In this document: in pieces, positions 35,631 through 45,557 of the stretch
Position numbering within the stretch: position 1 is the first letter of the stretch
Layout of the letters: the number at the start of each line of letters is the position of its first letter
Origin: Thermodesulfobacteriota bacterium
GTDB lineage: Bacteria; Desulfobacterota; Thermodesulfobacteria; Thermodesulfobacteriales; Thermodesulfobacteriaceae
Length of the DNA stretch: 64,000 nucleotides
NCBI GenBank assembly: GCA_030578315.1
Contig: JAUQQL010000002.1
Coordinates: 8,251-72,250, forward strand
Reading direction: 5' to 3'
Made by a program: the position numbers and the translations under genes
Notes under the pieces: generated by a model
What the model saw: only the letters and a program-made list of their open reading frames with translations
The model's database searches: none
Told to the model about the DNA's origin: nothing

Positions 35631-36644
35631 CTACCCTCTCTCTTTAAGTTTTTTATAAAGTTCTGGTAATTTCTCAAAAATAAGTACTGCTCTTCTCCAA
35701 GTACTAGCTTTAATGGTTGGAATCCCTGCTACTTCTTCACCAGGGGCAACATCTTTAGCTACTCCAGATTTAGCAGCAACTTTTGCTCCCTTCCCAATCC
35801 TTATAGATGGAGCAACTCCTACCTGACCTGCAAGCATTACAAAGTCCTCCAAAATTACACTTCCTGAAAGCCCTACTTGAGCTACCAAAATATTTTGTCT
35901 TCCAACCTGAGCATTATGTCCTATTTGAACCAAATTGTCAATTTTGGTTCCTTCTCGTATAATCGTTTTTCCAAAAACTGCCCTATCAACCGTAGTATTG
36001 GCTCCAATTTCTACCTCGTCTTCTATTTCAACTCCTCCAAAGTGGTAAATTTTTAAATTCCGGTACCCTTCTGAAGTAGGTTCTTGAGCAAATCCAAATC
36101 CATCTGCTCCAATTACTGCTCCAGCATGAATAATACAATTTTTTCCTATCTTAGTATAAGGATAAATAACTACTCTTGGATAAATCACAGTATTTTCACC
36201 AATCTCAGAATAAGCTCCCACAAAAACTCCAGGATAAAGGATAACTCCTTTTCTTATTTTAGCTCCTTTCTGAATATAGACCCAAGGATAAATAGCACAA
36301 GGACTTTCAATTTCTACTTCATCTTCTATAATAGCTTCTTTACTTATCCCCCATTTTACCTCTGGTTCTTTTTTAAAAAGAGCAGAAACCTTCGCAAAAG
36401 CTACTCTTACATTTTTTACTTCAAGAACTGACTTTTCACTAAAGTAATTACTAAGTCCTTCTTCACACATTACAGCTTTAGCCTTAGAAATTTTAGCTTG
36501 TTCTACTCTTTTAGCTGAATCTACAAAAATAAGTTCATCTTCTTTAGCCAAAGGTATAGCATTAAGTCCTCTGATCTCAAGGTCTTCTCCTATAAGTTTT
36601 CCTCCCACTAACTTTTGAATTTCTGAAAGTTTAAATTTTTTCAT
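35631..36644 (-). CDS. lpxD: UDP-3-O-(3-hydroxyacyl)glucosamine N-acyltransferase
   Basis: Hexapeptide repeats, IGADGFGF, EIGANTTVDR, KIDNLVQIGHN, AGQVG. ATG at 36644 preferred. Confidence 0.95.
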   Translation of the reverse strand: MKKFKLSEIQKLVGGKLIGEDLEIRGLNAIPLAKEDELIFVDSAKRVEQAKISKAKAVMCEEGLSNYFSEKSVLEVKNVRVAFAKVSALFKKEPEVKWGISKEAIIEDEVEIESPCAIYPWVYIQKGAKIRKGVILYPGVFVGAYSEIGENTVIYPRVVIYPYTKIGKNCIIHAGAVIGADGFGFAQEPTSEGYRNLKIYHFGGVEIEDEVEIGANTTVDRAVFGKTIIREGTKIDNLVQIGHNAQVGRQNILVAQVGLSGSVILEDFVMLAGQVGVAPSIRIGKGAKVAAKSGVAKDVAPGEEVAGIPTIKASTWRRAVLIFEKLPELYKKLKERG

Positions 36645-38331
36645 TTTCAAAATCCTTTATAAATTCTACAACTTTGCCCAGAGTTACAAATTTTCGTTCA
36701 CCTGTTTTTCTGATTTTTATTTCTACTTCTTGAGAAGTTTCAAACCTTTTTCCCAAAATTATTTGAATAGGTACCCCTATAAGGTCTAAATCTTTAAATT
36801 TGACCCCTGGTCGTTCATCTTCACGGTCATCTAAAATTACATCCCAGATTTTAGAAAGTTCTTCATAAAGAAACTCTGCTTTATCTTTGAAATTTTCTTT
36901 CAAGTAGAGAATACTTATTTGAAAAGGCGCTATCTGCCAAGGAAAAATAATTCCATCCTGGTCGTGGTTTTGTTCAATAGTTGCTGCAAGTATTCTACTA
37001 ACTCCTATCCCATAACATCCCATAATAAAAGGTTTCATTTGCCCATCCCTATCCAAAAATCTTGCTTTCATAGCTTCACTGTACTTAGTTCCGAGTTTAA
37101 AAATGTGTCCTACTTCTATACCTCTAATAAATTGTAAAAGTTCTTTACAATTAGGGCAAAGGTCTCCAAAAGTAGCTTTCCTAAGGTCTGCTATTAAATC
37201 AGGTTTAAAAGTAGAACCAAGATTAGCATTTAAAAAATGATATTCATCCTCGTTTGCTCCGATTACGAAGTTAGGATACCCCTCAAGAGCCTTATCTGCA
37301 ATAACTTTTATTTTCAAGTCTTTAGGTCCGATAAAACCCACATTAGCTCCCACAATGTTAAAAACCTCATCCTCAGTTGCCATCCTTATCCTTTTTCCAG
37401 GAAAAAGTTTTTCAAGTTTTACTTCATTTATCTCGTGATCTCCCCTTAAGCATACAGCAAAAGGTTCTTTTTCGTCTAATATATAAATAAGAGTTTTAGT
37501 AATTTTTGAAACAGAAAGGCCAAGAAAATCAGCTACTTCTTTTGCAGTTCTTACCCCGGGAGTATAAACTTTTTCTAACGGTTTTTCCTCTTCGGGAAAA
37601 TATTTTTCCGAGGAAATAGCAGGAGTAAGCTCTACATTAGAAGCATATCCACATTTTTCACAGAAGGCTATAGTATCTTCCCCAGTTTCTGCAAGTACCA
37701 TAAATTCATGAGAAACATCTCCTCCTATAGCACCTGTATGAGCTTCAACAGCTTTAAACTTAAGGCCACAACAAGTAAAAATTCTGCAGTAAGTTTCGTA
37801 CATCTTTTGATAACTTTTTTCTAATCCTTCCCAATCTGCATCAAAACTGTAGGCATCTTTCATAATAAATTCTCTTGCTCTCATAAGACCAAATCTTGGT
37901 CTTATTTCGTCTCTAAATTTTACAGCAATTTGATAAAGAATAAGAGGAAGGTCTTTGTAAGATTTAACATCTCTTCTTACAATTTCAGTTACTACTTCTT
38001 CATGAGTTGGTCCTAAGCAAAAATCGTGTTCCTTTCGGTCTTTAAACCGAAGAAGTTCTTTTCCGTAAGCGTGCCAGCGTCCAGTTTCTATCCAGAGTTC
38101 TGCAGGCTGAACAATTGGCATAAGAATTTCAAGAGCACCAGAAGCATCCATTTCTTTTCTCACAATATTTTCTATTTTTTTTAAAGCCTTAAATCCCAAA
38201 GGCAAAAAGTTATAAATTCCTGAAGCTACTTTTCTTATCATTCCTGCCCTAAGTAAAAATTTGTGACTTACAGTTTCTGCTTCAGAAGGGTCTTCTCTCA
38301 AAGTAGGAATAAAAGCCTTACTCCAACGCAT
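36631..38331 (-). CDS. proS: Proline--tRNA ligase (bacterial type with INS editing domain)
   Basis: LGPTHEE, FRDEIRPRFGLMRAREF.MKDAYSF, GIEVGHIFKLGTKYS, MGCYGIGVSR. Confidence 0.98.
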   Translation of the reverse strand: MRWSKAFIPTLREDPSEAETVSHKFLLRAGMIRKVASGIYNFLPLGFKALKKIENIVRKEMDASGALEILMPIVQPAELWIETGRWHAYGKELLRFKDRKEHDFCLGPTHEEVVTEIVRRDVKSYKDLPLILYQIAVKFRDEIRPRFGLMRAREFIMKDAYSFDADWEGLEKSYQKMYETYCRIFTCCGLKFKAVEAHTGAIGGDVSHEFMVLAETGEDTIAFCEKCGYASNVELTPAISSEKYFPEEEKPLEKVYTPGVRTAKEVADFLGLSVSKITKTLIYILDEKEPFAVCLRGDHEINEVKLEKLFPGKRIRMATEDEVFNIVGANVGFIGPKDLKIKVIADKALEGYPNFVIGANEDEYHFLNANLGSTFKPDLIADLRKATFGDLCPNCKELLQFIRGIEVGHIFKLGTKYSEAMKARFLDRDGQMKPFIMGCYGIGVSRILAATIEQNHDQDGIIFPWQIAPFQISILYLKENFKDKAEFLYEELSKIWDVILDDREDERPGVKFKDLDLIGVPIQIILGKRFETSQEVEIKIRKTGERKFVTLGKVVEFIKDFENEKI

Positions 38332-38338
38332 AGTTTTC

Positions 38339-38830
38339 TTACCCCAACTTGATTTTCTTAAACTCTCGAGTTTTTAAATTTAAAATTACAAAGCTTGACT
38401 CTCCTTTTCTCTTCATTATCTCACCTGGATTAATTAAAAAAGTTTTACCAATTTCTTTTACTTCATAAAGATGGGTGTGACCAAAAAATACATAATCATA
38501 TTTTCCTTCCGAAGCAAAAGCATAAGCATAATGTGGATAGTGAGTTATAACTATTTTGTAATTTTCAACTTCTAAAAAAGCTATCTCACCATGGAAGTTA
38601 ATTGTAGGATGTTCTTTCAGAACTTGAAAAAGCAGAACTATATCTCCGCGATTGTTTCCAAGAATTAAATCAACTTTTTTTTCAAATTGAGCCAAAATGG
38701 GAAGCATAAAAGGAGAAATAAGGTCTCCACAGTGAAAAATTCTTTCACAACCTTCTTTTTTGGCTATGTCTACAGCCTGAGCTAAACTTTCTATATGGTC
38801 ATGACTATCACTCATAATAGCTACTAACAT
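38339..38830 (-). CDS. YfcE/MJ0936-family metallophosphoesterase
   Basis: SDSHD, HCGD, GNN, ITH, FGHTH, INPGE motifs; SD GGAGG. Confidence 0.92.
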   Translation of the reverse strand: MLVAIMSDSHDHIESLAQAVDIAKKEGCERIFHCGDLISPFMLPILAQFEKKVDLILGNNRGDIVLLFQVLKEHPTINFHGEIAFLEVENYKIVITHYPHYAYAFASEGKYDYVFFGHTHLYEVKEIGKTFLINPGEIMKRKGESSFVILNLKTREFKKIKLG

Positions 38831-38871
38831 AAGTTAAACCTCCTTTTTAAAAATTCTTTTTAAAGAATTAT

Positions 38872-39495
38872 TTAAGGCAGAACCCAATCCATGTTTAATT
38901 TTCTAAGTAACTTTTTAATAGTTTCAGGTTTCATTTTGCGACCTTTTTTTAAAATATTTTCACGACATGTTTCATCTTTTTCGTTCAGGGTATAATAAAT
39001 AAAATTATACAAAAATGCTCTACCTTCATAATGCCAATAAATTATATCTTCCATAATAAATAACCACTTTATAACTTTTGATAAAACATCTACATAATTA
39101 TATGTCAAAGAAAAATCTAATAGCATTTGATCTACATCGTTATTTACACATTTGTATAAATTTTCTATTATTACCCACAACTTATTAAATATTTCTTCAT
39201 TTTCTTTCTTTAATTTTATTAAAAATGAAGCAATCTGATCATGTCTCCCTTCCCCAAGTTCACAACTTAAAGGAATTTCTACTTTAAAGTCAAAATCCCA
39301 CTTTATTCCAGGTCTACGAATATAAAGTTTCTCGTTATTAGATAAAATTTCTACTGGATATCTAAACTCAACTTCTTTTCCTTTTTTATCTTTTTCGAAA
39401 TCTATAAAAGTATTAATTACTATTTTTATTATTTCAAATCTGTTAATAGGTTCTAAAATTCTTATTTCTGGACCTATTAATACTTTTTTTGCCAT
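38872..39495 (-). CDS. Hypothetical 207-aa protein downstream of a DNA methyltransferase (putative restriction/defence effector)
   Basis: Intact ORF 13 nt after the MTase stop, same low-GC composition; no recognisable family motif. The functional call is inference from context. Confidence 0.6.
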   Translation of the reverse strand: MAKKVLIGPEIRILEPINRFEIIKIVINTFIDFEKDKKGKEVEFRYPVEILSNNEKLYIRRPGIKWDFDFKVEIPLSCELGEGRHDQIASFLIKLKKENEEIFNKLWVIIENLYKCVNNDVDQMLLDFSLTYNYVDVLSKVIKWLFIMEDIIYWHYEGRAFLYNFIYYTLNEKDETCRENILKKGRKMKPETIKKLLRKLNMDWVLP

Positions 39496-39508
39496 TGTTA
39501 ATTTCTAT

Positions 39509-41341
39509 TTATTCTTTTTTAAGAATTAAAATAGCTTCATCTCTAATATTGCCTTCGCTACTTTTTTGAACTTCCCTTTCTATTAATTTATCAAGACTAA
39601 ATTTTACCTTTTCAGACAATTCCAAAATTACTTGAACATTAGGAATCTCAACTGTTTTTCCATTTACTATAAAATGATTGTTTCCTATAACTATAACAGT
39701 TTTACTTCCTTCTTTTAAGACTCTGTGCATTTCTTTTAAAGAAAAATACATATCCTTATAAAATTTAAAAATATGTAAAGCTTCTTGTTTTCTGTTGTAA
39801 GAAAATAAATATTTTATAATCTCTTCTCCAGTTTTAGATAAAGTTAAAAATTCAAACTCTTCTTCAGTTTTAAGAAACAAATCTTTTTGTTTTAAATTTA
39901 ATCTTGGATTTCCTATCATTTTAGATTCTAATTCTTCTATAGAATTAGTTAGTTCTAAAAGTATAAGTTGTGGTAAATCATTTTTAATATAGTTTAAAGC
40001 TATAGAATAAGGTGGAGAAGTTACTATTCCATCAATACTATTAGAAGAAATTATTGCTTCCATATCTCTCGTATCAGAAAGATAACTTTTTGAGTTACCT
40101 AAGTTTATCTTTAATATTTCATTTAGTTTTTTAAATAAAAATATTCTTAAATAAAGATTATTTACTCGTTCATTAAAAGCTTCAATAAATTCTCTATTAG
40201 TTCTTCTTATTATATCACTAATGGTTCCGCTTAAAGTTAACAATAAAAAGTTTTTAATATTTTCATCTTCAATTTTATTTATAATTTCTTTAGCAATTAA
40301 AACTTGTACAATTAATTTTTCTTTATCTTTTAAAAAATTTTTTAATTTCTTTGAAATAATTTTTGTTTTTTCTAAAATATTTTTATAATCAAATTTAATT
40401 TCTCTAAATAAACTAAATGTTTTTATTTGAAAATTATTATATTCTGATAAACTTTTTTTAAGCATTTCTAAATAATTTTCAATTTCTTTTTTTAGTATTT
40501 CAATATCAAATTTAAAAGAATTACATTTTACATTTGACATTAAAACGCATAGAGGATTTATTTCTACACCTATGCTATTAAGTTCCATCAAAGTAGCTTC
40601 TACAAGCAAAGTTCCACTACCAGCAAAATTATCAAGACAGGTTCCTTTATCGTTAGGATAAATATAATTTAATAAAGATCTCACCATTTTGGGATGAAAT
40701 TTTCCTTTATAAGGATAAAAATAATGCGTTAAATATAATGAAGGTTCTTCTCTAATAGCAAAGTAATCCTCTAATCTTTTGCCAATACTTAAAGTAGATG
40801 GTGCAGGTATTCGGTAAATATTATCTATTAAATACGAAAACAAAATTTTAATATTGTTTTTTATTTCTTCTTCATTTCTGCTTAATTTTGAAATATATTC
40901 TGATTTTTCTAAAAAATACTGATGTGTTATAAACCTAAAACAAATTAAATTATTTACTTTAAAATAGTGATAATTTTTTCCCAATTCACCTTCAGGAAAA
41001 ACAAGGTTTATTAAATTCTCTAAAGGTTCAACCAATTCAGTAACAAGATAAATTTCACGAGTATAGGCCAAACGTTTTACTAATTTGTTAACATTTTTTA
41101 TTTTATCAGAAATACCAAAATAACCTTGAATTCTTCCATAAGGTAATTCATGAGTTAAAAAATCTTGTAGTCTTATAGTTGAGCTAATAAATTTGGATAG
41201 TGGATACTCTTTAATTTTGTCTATAAAATTATAAATAGGCTCAACTTTTCCAAATAAACTTTCTAACTCAAGTCTTGCTAGATCATAAGATTCTCGTTCA
41301 CTTTTTATATTATTGAATAATTTAAAATACCAGTAAAACAT
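39509..41341 (-). CDS. Amino (probably N4-cytosine) DNA methyltransferase, alpha-type motif order, with ~200-aa Trm11-like N-terminal extension
   Basis: LTHYFYPYKGKFHPKMVRSLL (motif X-like), LDNFAGSGT (motif I), GVEINP, long spacer, then IVTSPPY (motif IV), EMHRVLK, VIVIGNN. Confidence 0.85.
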   Translation of the reverse strand: MFYWYFKLFNNIKSERESYDLARLELESLFGKVEPIYNFIDKIKEYPLSKFISSTIRLQDFLTHELPYGRIQGYFGISDKIKNVNKLVKRLAYTREIYLVTELVEPLENLINLVFPEGELGKNYHYFKVNNLICFRFITHQYFLEKSEYISKLSRNEEEIKNNIKILFSYLIDNIYRIPAPSTLSIGKRLEDYFAIREEPSLYLTHYFYPYKGKFHPKMVRSLLNYIYPNDKGTCLDNFAGSGTLLVEATLMELNSIGVEINPLCVLMSNVKCNSFKFDIEILKKEIENYLEMLKKSLSEYNNFQIKTFSLFREIKFDYKNILEKTKIISKKLKNFLKDKEKLIVQVLIAKEIINKIEDENIKNFLLLTLSGTISDIIRRTNREFIEAFNERVNNLYLRIFLFKKLNEILKINLGNSKSYLSDTRDMEAIISSNSIDGIVTSPPYSIALNYIKNDLPQLILLELTNSIEELESKMIGNPRLNLKQKDLFLKTEEEFEFLTLSKTGEEIIKYLFSYNRKQEALHIFKFYKDMYFSLKEMHRVLKEGSKTVIVIGNNHFIVNGKTVEIPNVQVILELSEKVKFSLDKLIEREVQKSSEGNIRDEAILILKKE

Positions 41342-41359
41342 TATAACTAAACATGTTTT

Positions 41360-42856
41360 TTAGATAAATTGTCTATTTTTCTTTTTTTCTATTTTTAACT
41401 TTTCTTCCAACTTTAGCTTTTTCCATAATTTATCTACCCTTCTTTTAACTTCTTCATTCATTACTACTTCTTCTGGCCATTCTCTTCGGTAGCCTTCCTC
41501 TTTCCACTTTTTGGTAGCATCTATACACATTTTGGAGCCAAAACCTACTTCAGGGCTTGCATGATCAAGTACATCAAGTGGTCCTTTAATTATTATAATA
41601 TCTCTTTCAGGATCTACATTAGCACAAAGATAAAAAAGAGCCTCACTTAAATTTTGAACATTAACTTCTTTATCAAAAACTACAATAATTTTAGTCAACA
41701 TCATCTGCCCCAATCCCCAAAGAGCTGAAGCCACCTTGAAAGCATGTCCTGGATATCGCTTATCAATGGATACTAAAGCCAAGTTATGAAAAACTCCTTC
41801 CCAAGGAAGGTTTATGTCTACTATTTCTGGTAAAAGTTTTTTTATCAAAGGTAAAAAAAGTCTTTCAGTAAGTTTTCCAATATAACAATCTTCCATAGGA
41901 GGTTTTCCCACCACTGTTGCAGGATAAATAGCATCCCTTCTCATAGTTATACAAGTCACTTTGAATATTGGATAATAATCTGGAGGAGTATAATAACCTG
42001 TGTGGTCTCCAAAAGGACCTTCTAAACGTCTTTCAAAAGGCTCTACATATCCTTCTAAGATAATTTGAGACTCTGCAGGTACTTCCAGAGGGATTGTAAT
42101 ACACTTTACCAGTTCCACAGGTTTCCCTCTTAAAAAACCTGCCAACAAAAATTCATCTATGTCCTCTGGCATAGGAGCTGTAGCAGAATAAATAACTGCG
42201 GGGTCTGGTCCTAAAGCTACAGCTACAGGAAGTTTTTTTCCAAGATTTTCTGCTTTTCGATAATGTTTAGCTCCCACTTTATGAATCTGCCAATGTATAC
42301 CAGTTTCGTTAGGACTAAAAACTTGCATCCTATACATTCCCACATTTCTTGTTTGAGTTTCAGGGTCTTTGGTAATTACACATGGAAGAGTGATAAAAGG
42401 CCCTCCATCTTTAGGCCAGCATTTAAGAATCGGAAGTTTAAAAAGGTCTACTTCTTTCCCTGTGAATACTATTTCTTGACAGGGAGCTTTATTAGTAACT
42501 AATTTGGGAAAAAAATTTTTAACTTGCAAAAGCTTAGGAATAAATCTAAATTTACCTAATAACCCCTCAGCTTGTTTTACTTCTAAAAAATCTATAAGTT
42601 TTTCTGAAAGTTCACTTAAATTATTAACCCCAAAAGACAAACATATTCTTTTAAAACTTCCAAAAAGATTAGTAACTACTGGAATTTTGTAACCTTTTAC
42701 TTTTTCAAAAAAAAGAGCAGGGCCTAAAAGTTTACAAACTCTGTCAGTAATTTCAGTAATTTCAAGTTCAGGTGAAACCTCTTCTTTTATTCTTAAAAGT
42801 TCGTCTTCTTTTTCTAAAACTTCAATAAATTCCTGAAGATTTTTGTAAGCTTTCAA
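41360..42856 (-). CDS. UbiD-family decarboxylase (menaquinone futalosine-pathway MqnL type)
   Basis: LEITEITDRV, NLFGS, CWPKDGGPFITLP, RNVGMYRMQ, EGPFGDHTGYY, GPLDVLDHAS, IDATKK. Confidence 0.9.
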   Translation of the reverse strand: MKAYKNLQEFIEVLEKEDELLRIKEEVSPELEITEITDRVCKLLGPALFFEKVKGYKIPVVTNLFGSFKRICLSFGVNNLSELSEKLIDFLEVKQAEGLLGKFRFIPKLLQVKNFFPKLVTNKAPCQEIVFTGKEVDLFKLPILKCWPKDGGPFITLPCVITKDPETQTRNVGMYRMQVFSPNETGIHWQIHKVGAKHYRKAENLGKKLPVAVALGPDPAVIYSATAPMPEDIDEFLLAGFLRGKPVELVKCITIPLEVPAESQIILEGYVEPFERRLEGPFGDHTGYYTPPDYYPIFKVTCITMRRDAIYPATVVGKPPMEDCYIGKLTERLFLPLIKKLLPEIVDINLPWEGVFHNLALVSIDKRYPGHAFKVASALWGLGQMMLTKIIVVFDKEVNVQNLSEALFYLCANVDPERDIIIIKGPLDVLDHASPEVGFGSKMCIDATKKWKEEGYRREWPEEVVMNEEVKRRVDKLWKKLKLEEKLKIEKKKNRQFI

Positions 42857-42864
42857 GGTTTAAC

Positions 42865-44241
42865 TTAAACCTCAATTATATCTTTTCTAAAGCTATAATC
42901 TACTTCTATAGGATAATCTCCATTAAAACACGCCAAACACACTTTATCCTTTAATTCTCCTACAGCATCTAATAATCCTTCTATACTTAAATAATAAAGG
43001 GTATTTATGTCTAAAAACTTTCTAATTTCCTCTACAGTGTGCTTTGAAGCTATAAGTTCAGAAGCACTTGGAAAATCTATTCCAAAAAAACATGGATACC
43101 TTATAGGGGGACAAGAAAGTAAAAAGTGAATCTTTTTAGCCCCTGCTTCTTTTATGCTTTTGAGTCTATTTCTACAAGTAGTTCCTCTAACTAAAGAATC
43201 GTCTATTATAATAATTTCTTTTCCTTTAATTAATTCTTTTACGGGATTTAGTTTAACTTTTACTGAAAAGTCTCTGATTTTTTCAGAAGGTTCTATAAAG
43301 GTTCTTCCAATATAATGATTACGAATAACTCCGAATTCAAAGGGAAGCCCACTTGCTTGAGCATAGCCTATAGCTGCATAATTTCCTGAATCAGGAAAAG
43401 GCATAACTAAGTCAGCTTTAAGAGGACATTCTTTGTAAAGATTATAACCTAAATTTTTTCTTACTAAGTAAACATTTTTATTAAAAATTAAACTATCAGG
43501 TCTTGCAAAATAAATGAATTCAAAAATACAGTGACTTAACTTTAAATTACTTTCTTTAAAAGGAAAGTATGAACTGATTCCACTTTCGTTTATTACTAAT
43601 ATTTCTCCTGGTTCAATATCTCTCAAATATTGAGCTGAAATAAGGTCAAAAGCACAAGTTTCAGAAGAAATCACATATCCTCCATCTAGCATTCCTAAGG
43701 CTAGGGGTCTAAACCCCCAAGGGTCTCTGAAAGCTACCAAAGTGTCATTATAAAGCAAAAGCACTGAATAGGCTCCCTTAATTCGCTGCATAGCTTTAGA
43801 AACAGCAGAAACTAAACCTTCTTTTAAATGTTTTACAATAAGGTGCATGATAACTTCACTGTCCATGGTAGTTTGAAAGATATGTCCTTCTTCTTCAAGT
43901 TCCATTCTTATTTGATAAGCATTAACTAAGTTCCCATTGTGTGCCAAAGCTAAAGTTTTTTTTGCAAAGTTTATGCAAAAAGGTTGAACATTTTGAATTA
44001 CAGGAAGACCGGTAGTTGAATACCTTACATGACCTATACCGATTTTTCCTGAAAGTTCTTTAAGAATATTTTCTTTAAAAACTTCACTTACCAGACCTAA
44101 ATTTTTCCAGTATTTAATTTTTTTTCCGTTAAAAATAGCCATTCCTGCACCTTCTTGTCCACGATGCTGAAGTGAATAAAGTCCAAAATAAATATAATTA
44201 GAAGCTTCTGGAACACCATAAATACCAAAGATTCCACACAT
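42865..44241 (-). CDS. purF: Amidophosphoribosyltransferase
   Basis: MCGIFG N-terminal nucleophile, LQHRGQEGAG, GHVRYSTTG, CIFEFIYFARPDS, IDDSLVRGTT, CLACF. Confidence 0.97.
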   Translation of the reverse strand: MCGIFGIYGVPEASNYIYFGLYSLQHRGQEGAGMAIFNGKKIKYWKNLGLVSEVFKENILKELSGKIGIGHVRYSTTGLPVIQNVQPFCINFAKKTLALAHNGNLVNAYQIRMELEEEGHIFQTTMDSEVIMHLIVKHLKEGLVSAVSKAMQRIKGAYSVLLLYNDTLVAFRDPWGFRPLALGMLDGGYVISSETCAFDLISAQYLRDIEPGEILVINESGISSYFPFKESNLKLSHCIFEFIYFARPDSLIFNKNVYLVRKNLGYNLYKECPLKADLVMPFPDSGNYAAIGYAQASGLPFEFGVIRNHYIGRTFIEPSEKIRDFSVKVKLNPVKELIKGKEIIIIDDSLVRGTTCRNRLKSIKEAGAKKIHFLLSCPPIRYPCFFGIDFPSASELIASKHTVEEIRKFLDINTLYYLSIEGLLDAVGELKDKVCLACFNGDYPIEVDYSFRKDIIEV

Positions 44242-44255
44242 AGACCTTTAACCTC

Positions 44256-45557
44256 CTAATCTAAAACACCTCCTACAGTTATTTCAGGAATTCTAAGAGT
44301 AGGTTGACCATCTGAAACAGGCACTCTTTGACCGTCTTTTCCACAAAAACCTGGTTCAAAATAAAGGTCATCTCCCACCATATCTATAATTTCTAAAACC
44401 TTAGGTCCGTTTCCTACTAAATTAGCTCCTTTTACAGGATAAGCTACCTCTCCTTTATAAATGTAGTAACCCTCTCTTACCTCAAATATAAAATCTCCAG
44501 TTAAAGGATTTACTTCCCCCCCTCCCATTTTTTTTACCAAAAGTCCAGAATCAATACTTTTTAAAATTTCTTCAGGCTTATGAGGACCTTTTTCTATATA
44601 AGTATTAGACATTCTTGGAATAGGTAAATCTCTAAAACTCTCTCTTCTTCCATGTCCATTGGAAACCTTACCATGTTTTAAAGCAAAATATTTATCGTAT
44701 AAAAAATTTTTCAAAACACCTTTTTCTATCAACACTACTTTCTGAGACTCAGTTCCCTCATCATCGTAAGGGTAATAGCCAAATAAGTTAGGTAAGGTAG
44801 GGTCATCAATTACTGTGATAAGAGAACTTGCTACCTGTTCTCCTAATTTTCCTGAATATATGGAGAGTCCTTCTTCAGCATGGTCTGCTTCAAAGCCATG
44901 TCCTACAGCTTCGTGAATCATAGTTCCTCCGGCTTCTCCAGAAAGTACAACAGGCATAACCCCTGCAGGAACTTTCCTGGCTGAAAGCATAGTTAATGCT
45001 AAAGAACTTGCCCTTTCAGGAAGTTCCTGAACTTCTGTAAAATCTTTAACTTCTTCAAACTTTAAAGTATAAGCCTTAACTTCATAACCCCTTTCAAGTT
45101 TTCCGTCTTTTTCAACAACTACAGTAGCAGCTATCCTAAAATAAGGAATTAAAAATCTACGATAAACCTCCTCCGAAGTATAAATTTGGATATCTTTTAT
45201 AACCTCGGTTAAAAGAAAACGATAATGTTTAAGATAAGGAGAACCTACAACTTTTTTCTTAAGAGTTTCTAAAAACTCTATTCTTTCTTTTACTTGAACA
45301 GAATTAAAGTAAGCTTTTCCAGAAAAAAGATCAATTACTTTTTTAAAGTTTTCCTCTTCTATTTTAGAAGAAAAACTAAATTCTATTTCAAAGTTTTCTT
45401 TTATTTTCCGCCAAGCAATCCCTTTTTCTTCTCCTAAAGAAATTTCCTCTATACGGTCTAGTTCAAAAACTATTTTTAAAGTTTCTGTTCTCTCAAAATA
45501 TAAGTCTCCGAAAAGGGTTCCTTTAAAAAGGGCTCTCATAATTTTTTTTAATATCAC
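44256..45557 (-). CDS. tldD: TldD-family metalloprotease
   Basis: HEAVGHGFEAD, DDEG, GRRESF...PRMSNT, GFCGKDGQRVPVSDGQPT. Confidence 0.92.
   Translation of the reverse strand: MILKKIMRALFKGTLFGDLYFERTETLKIVFELDRIEEISLGEEKGIAWRKIKENFEIEFSFSSKIEEENFKKVIDLFSGKAYFNSVQVKERIEFLETLKKKVVGSPYLKHYRFLLTEVIKDIQIYTSEEVYRRFLIPYFRIAATVVVEKDGKLERGYEVKAYTLKFEEVKDFTEVQELPERASSLALTMLSARKVPAGVMPVVLSGEAGGTMIHEAVGHGFEADHAEEGLSIYSGKLGEQVASSLITVIDDPTLPNLFGYYPYDDEGTESQKVVLIEKGVLKNFLYDKYFALKHGKVSNGHGRRESFRDLPIPRMSNTYIEKGPHKPEEILKSIDSGLLVKKMGGGEVNPLTGDFIFEVREGYYIYKGEVAYPVKGANLVGNGPKVLEIIDMVGDDLYFEPGFCGKDGQRVPVSDGQPTLRIPEITVGGVLD

Noticed and set aside
38872-39495. Assignment to a named restriction enzyme family (e.g. 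PabI-type glycosylase or a PD-(D/E)xK enzyme)
   Set aside because: I could not match diagnostic motifs by eye; left unassigned pending profile and structure searches.
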